Positions 62,385-63,915 of a DNA stretch of 63,915 nt are shown here, in pieces (the first letter of the stretch is position 1; each line of letters starts with the position of its first letter). The stretch is from Treponema sp. (GTDB lineage Bacteria; Spirochaetota; Spirochaetia; Treponematales; Treponemataceae). The notes below the pieces were generated by a model. It ran no database searches, was not told the origin of the DNA, and was given only the letters and a program-made list of their open reading frames with translations. The translations under genes were made by a program, and so were the position numbers. The DNA lies in contig JAFPYB010000219.1 in the NCBI GenBank assembly GCA_017412405.1, forward strand, positions 1-63,915, given 5' to 3'.

Positions 62385-62461
62385 GAAAAATTTGCTGACA
62401 AAACCTTCTTTTTGAATTAAAATTATCCTCACATTTATACAAATACTATAGGAGAAATTCT

Positions 62462-63745
62462 ATGAAAAAGTCAAATGTATTGTGGGTGGGGTACTTTAGT
62501 ATAGTCTTTCTCCTGTCATCCATCCTTTTCGCCTGCTCGGGCGGAACAAATTATGTCGGAGGCTCTTCGTCCAGCGAAGGCTCTTCATCAGAAACTACCT
62601 ACACGATAACGATTTCAGACTCAATCACGAACGGCACAGTTACCGCAAGCAAGACAAAAGCTGAGGCCGGCGAGGAAATCACGCTCACGGTAACGCCATC
62701 GGACGGCTACGCTCCGGACACGCTCACCGTAAAGGATGCGGGCGGAGCAGATGTGACCGTGACGGCCAACAAGTTCACAATGCCAGCCAAGAATGTGACT
62801 GTCTCGGCTGTGTTCAAGGTTGCCACGGTGACATACTCGGTCACTGTTGACGGCGCGATTACAGGCGGAGCGGTGGGTTCGGACAAGACGACTGGCGTTT
62901 CCGCTGGCGAAACCGTGACGCTCACGATAACGCGAGACGGCGGAAAAGTGCTTGACGCGCTCACGGTCAAGGACGCTTCCAACAACGCGGTCGCAACGAC
63001 GGCTGTTGTTGCTGGTACTACATACACTTTCACGATGCCAGAAAGCAATGTGAGCGTTACGGCGACATTCAAGGCAATACTCGGGTCAAAGGTCTCGCCC
63101 GACGCGGTTGGCGACATAGTGTTCAATGACGGAAGCGCGGAGGCTTACAGCGACAGCCTTACGCTCACCACAGAGCAGATTGCTGGAGCTGTTGCGGTAA
63201 TCTTTGACGCGGCTAGCAAGAAGGGCGTTGGATTGAGGCAGGGAACGAGCAAGGCATGGGCGGCTACTAGCACGCCAGGCTACACCACGAACATATCTAC
63301 GCTCGCCACCACGAAGGACAGCGGAAGTACTCCAGCTGATGCCGTATTCTCTGGGGCTGGGGCGACGGACGGAAGCGGAAGCCTTGCGAAGTTCAGGACA
63401 GCCGTGGGAGTTGCAGACGGAACTGCACTTAGCTCAACTGACTACCCTGCATGGGCATTCGTGGAGAGCTACGCAACAACCGCGAGTCTTACAGGCCCTT
63501 ACGCGAGTGGCTGGTATATGCCGAGCATAGCGGAGCTTTGCAAGCTGTATCAGGCGAAAACCGATGTGAATAATTCACTAAACAAAATTACAGGTGCTAC
63601 ACAATTGTCTACTAGTGTGTATTGGTCGTCCAGTCAGGACGAATCATCCAGGCTCAGCGCGTGGTACGTCTATTTCGGGTCGGGCGATCTCGACATCGTC
63701 AACAAGGACTATACGAGTTCGGTCTGCGCTGTCCGGGCTTTTTAA
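62462..63745 (+). CDS. Surface lipoprotein with two divergent InlB-B-like repeats and a C-terminal DUF1566/C-type-lectin-like domain
   Basis: Lipobox LFAC; two ...FTMP..NV.V.A.FK repeats; GWYMPSIAEL, YWSSS...AW...F..G...VCAVRAF. Confidence 0.88.
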   Translation: MKKSNVLWVGYFSIVFLLSSILFACSGGTNYVGGSSSSEGSSSETTYTITISDSITNGTVTASKTKAEAGEEITLTVTPSDGYAPDTLTVKDAGGADVTVTANKFTMPAKNVTVSAVFKVATVTYSVTVDGAITGGAVGSDKTTGVSAGETVTLTITRDGGKVLDALTVKDASNNAVATTAVVAGTTYTFTMPESNVSVTATFKAILGSKVSPDAVGDIVFNDGSAEAYSDSLTLTTEQIAGAVAVIFDAASKKGVGLRQGTSKAWAATSTPGYTTNISTLATTKDSGSTPADAVFSGAGATDGSGSLAKFRTAVGVADGTALSSTDYPAWAFVESYATTASLTGPYASGWYMPSIAELCKLYQAKTDVNNSLNKITGATQLSTSVYWSSSQDESSRLSAWYVYFGSGDLDIVNKDYTSSVCAVRAF

Positions 63746-63761
63746 CTAGCAGAATGCCTCG

Positions 63762-63810
63762 CACAAACGGCAAAGCCGTTTGTGGCCACCTTGCCGCTAG
63801 CGGCAAGGTG
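63762..63810. repeat. Double perfect hairpin
   Basis: CACAAACGGC-aaa-GCCGTTTGTG then the 24-bp palindrome CACCTTGCCGCTAGCGGCAAGGTG. Confidence 0.85.
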
Positions 63811-63915
63811 CTTATTCTTTTTTCAAATCTTCAAGACGCTCGAAAAATTGTGCAACAGTAATTATTTCCACATCTTCAAATTGTTTCAAATCAAGCAAAT
63901 CATTATCACCGCTTA

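Noticed and set aside
57060-63915. tRNA-Asn-anchored genomic island
   Set aside because: The lipoprotein region lies 5' of the tRNA; no integrase or tRNA 3' duplication seen

Overview
Chromosomal segment that looks like a host-associated Treponema (Spirochaetota). The assignment rests on the spoVG-ispE-rplY-tilS and rplU-prp-rpmA-obgE-nadD-yqeK-LCP-rsfS order, spirochaete-style lipoproteins and tRNAs without encoded CCA. The housekeeping backbone includes fabZ, tsaD, ybaK, hisH/hisF, leuS, a thrC-like gene, pyrG and three tRNAs (Gln, Lys, Asn). Accessory content: (1) a compact T2SS/type IV filament operon (secretin, ATPase, platform, pseudopilins) running into two lipoproteins, a clostripain-family protease and an Rhs protein with a C39-like peptidase tip, with three apparent lesions; (2) c-di-GMP and plant-glycan genes, including a Cache-GGDEF/orphan DctP/SGNH esterase operon and a GH5 cellulase with a duplicated unknown N-terminal module; (3) an AT-rich XRE + AlgJ/X-like + MBOAT O-acetylation cassette bounded by 24-bp direct repeats; (4) a duplicated pyrG 3' end resembling an att scar; (5) surface lipoproteins, one with a G9 tract and one ending in a DGR-type variable region. 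Many REP-like palindromes are present. No CRISPR array, integrase, intact transposase or reverse transcriptase was seen. All calls are motif recognition by eye; no database searches were run.
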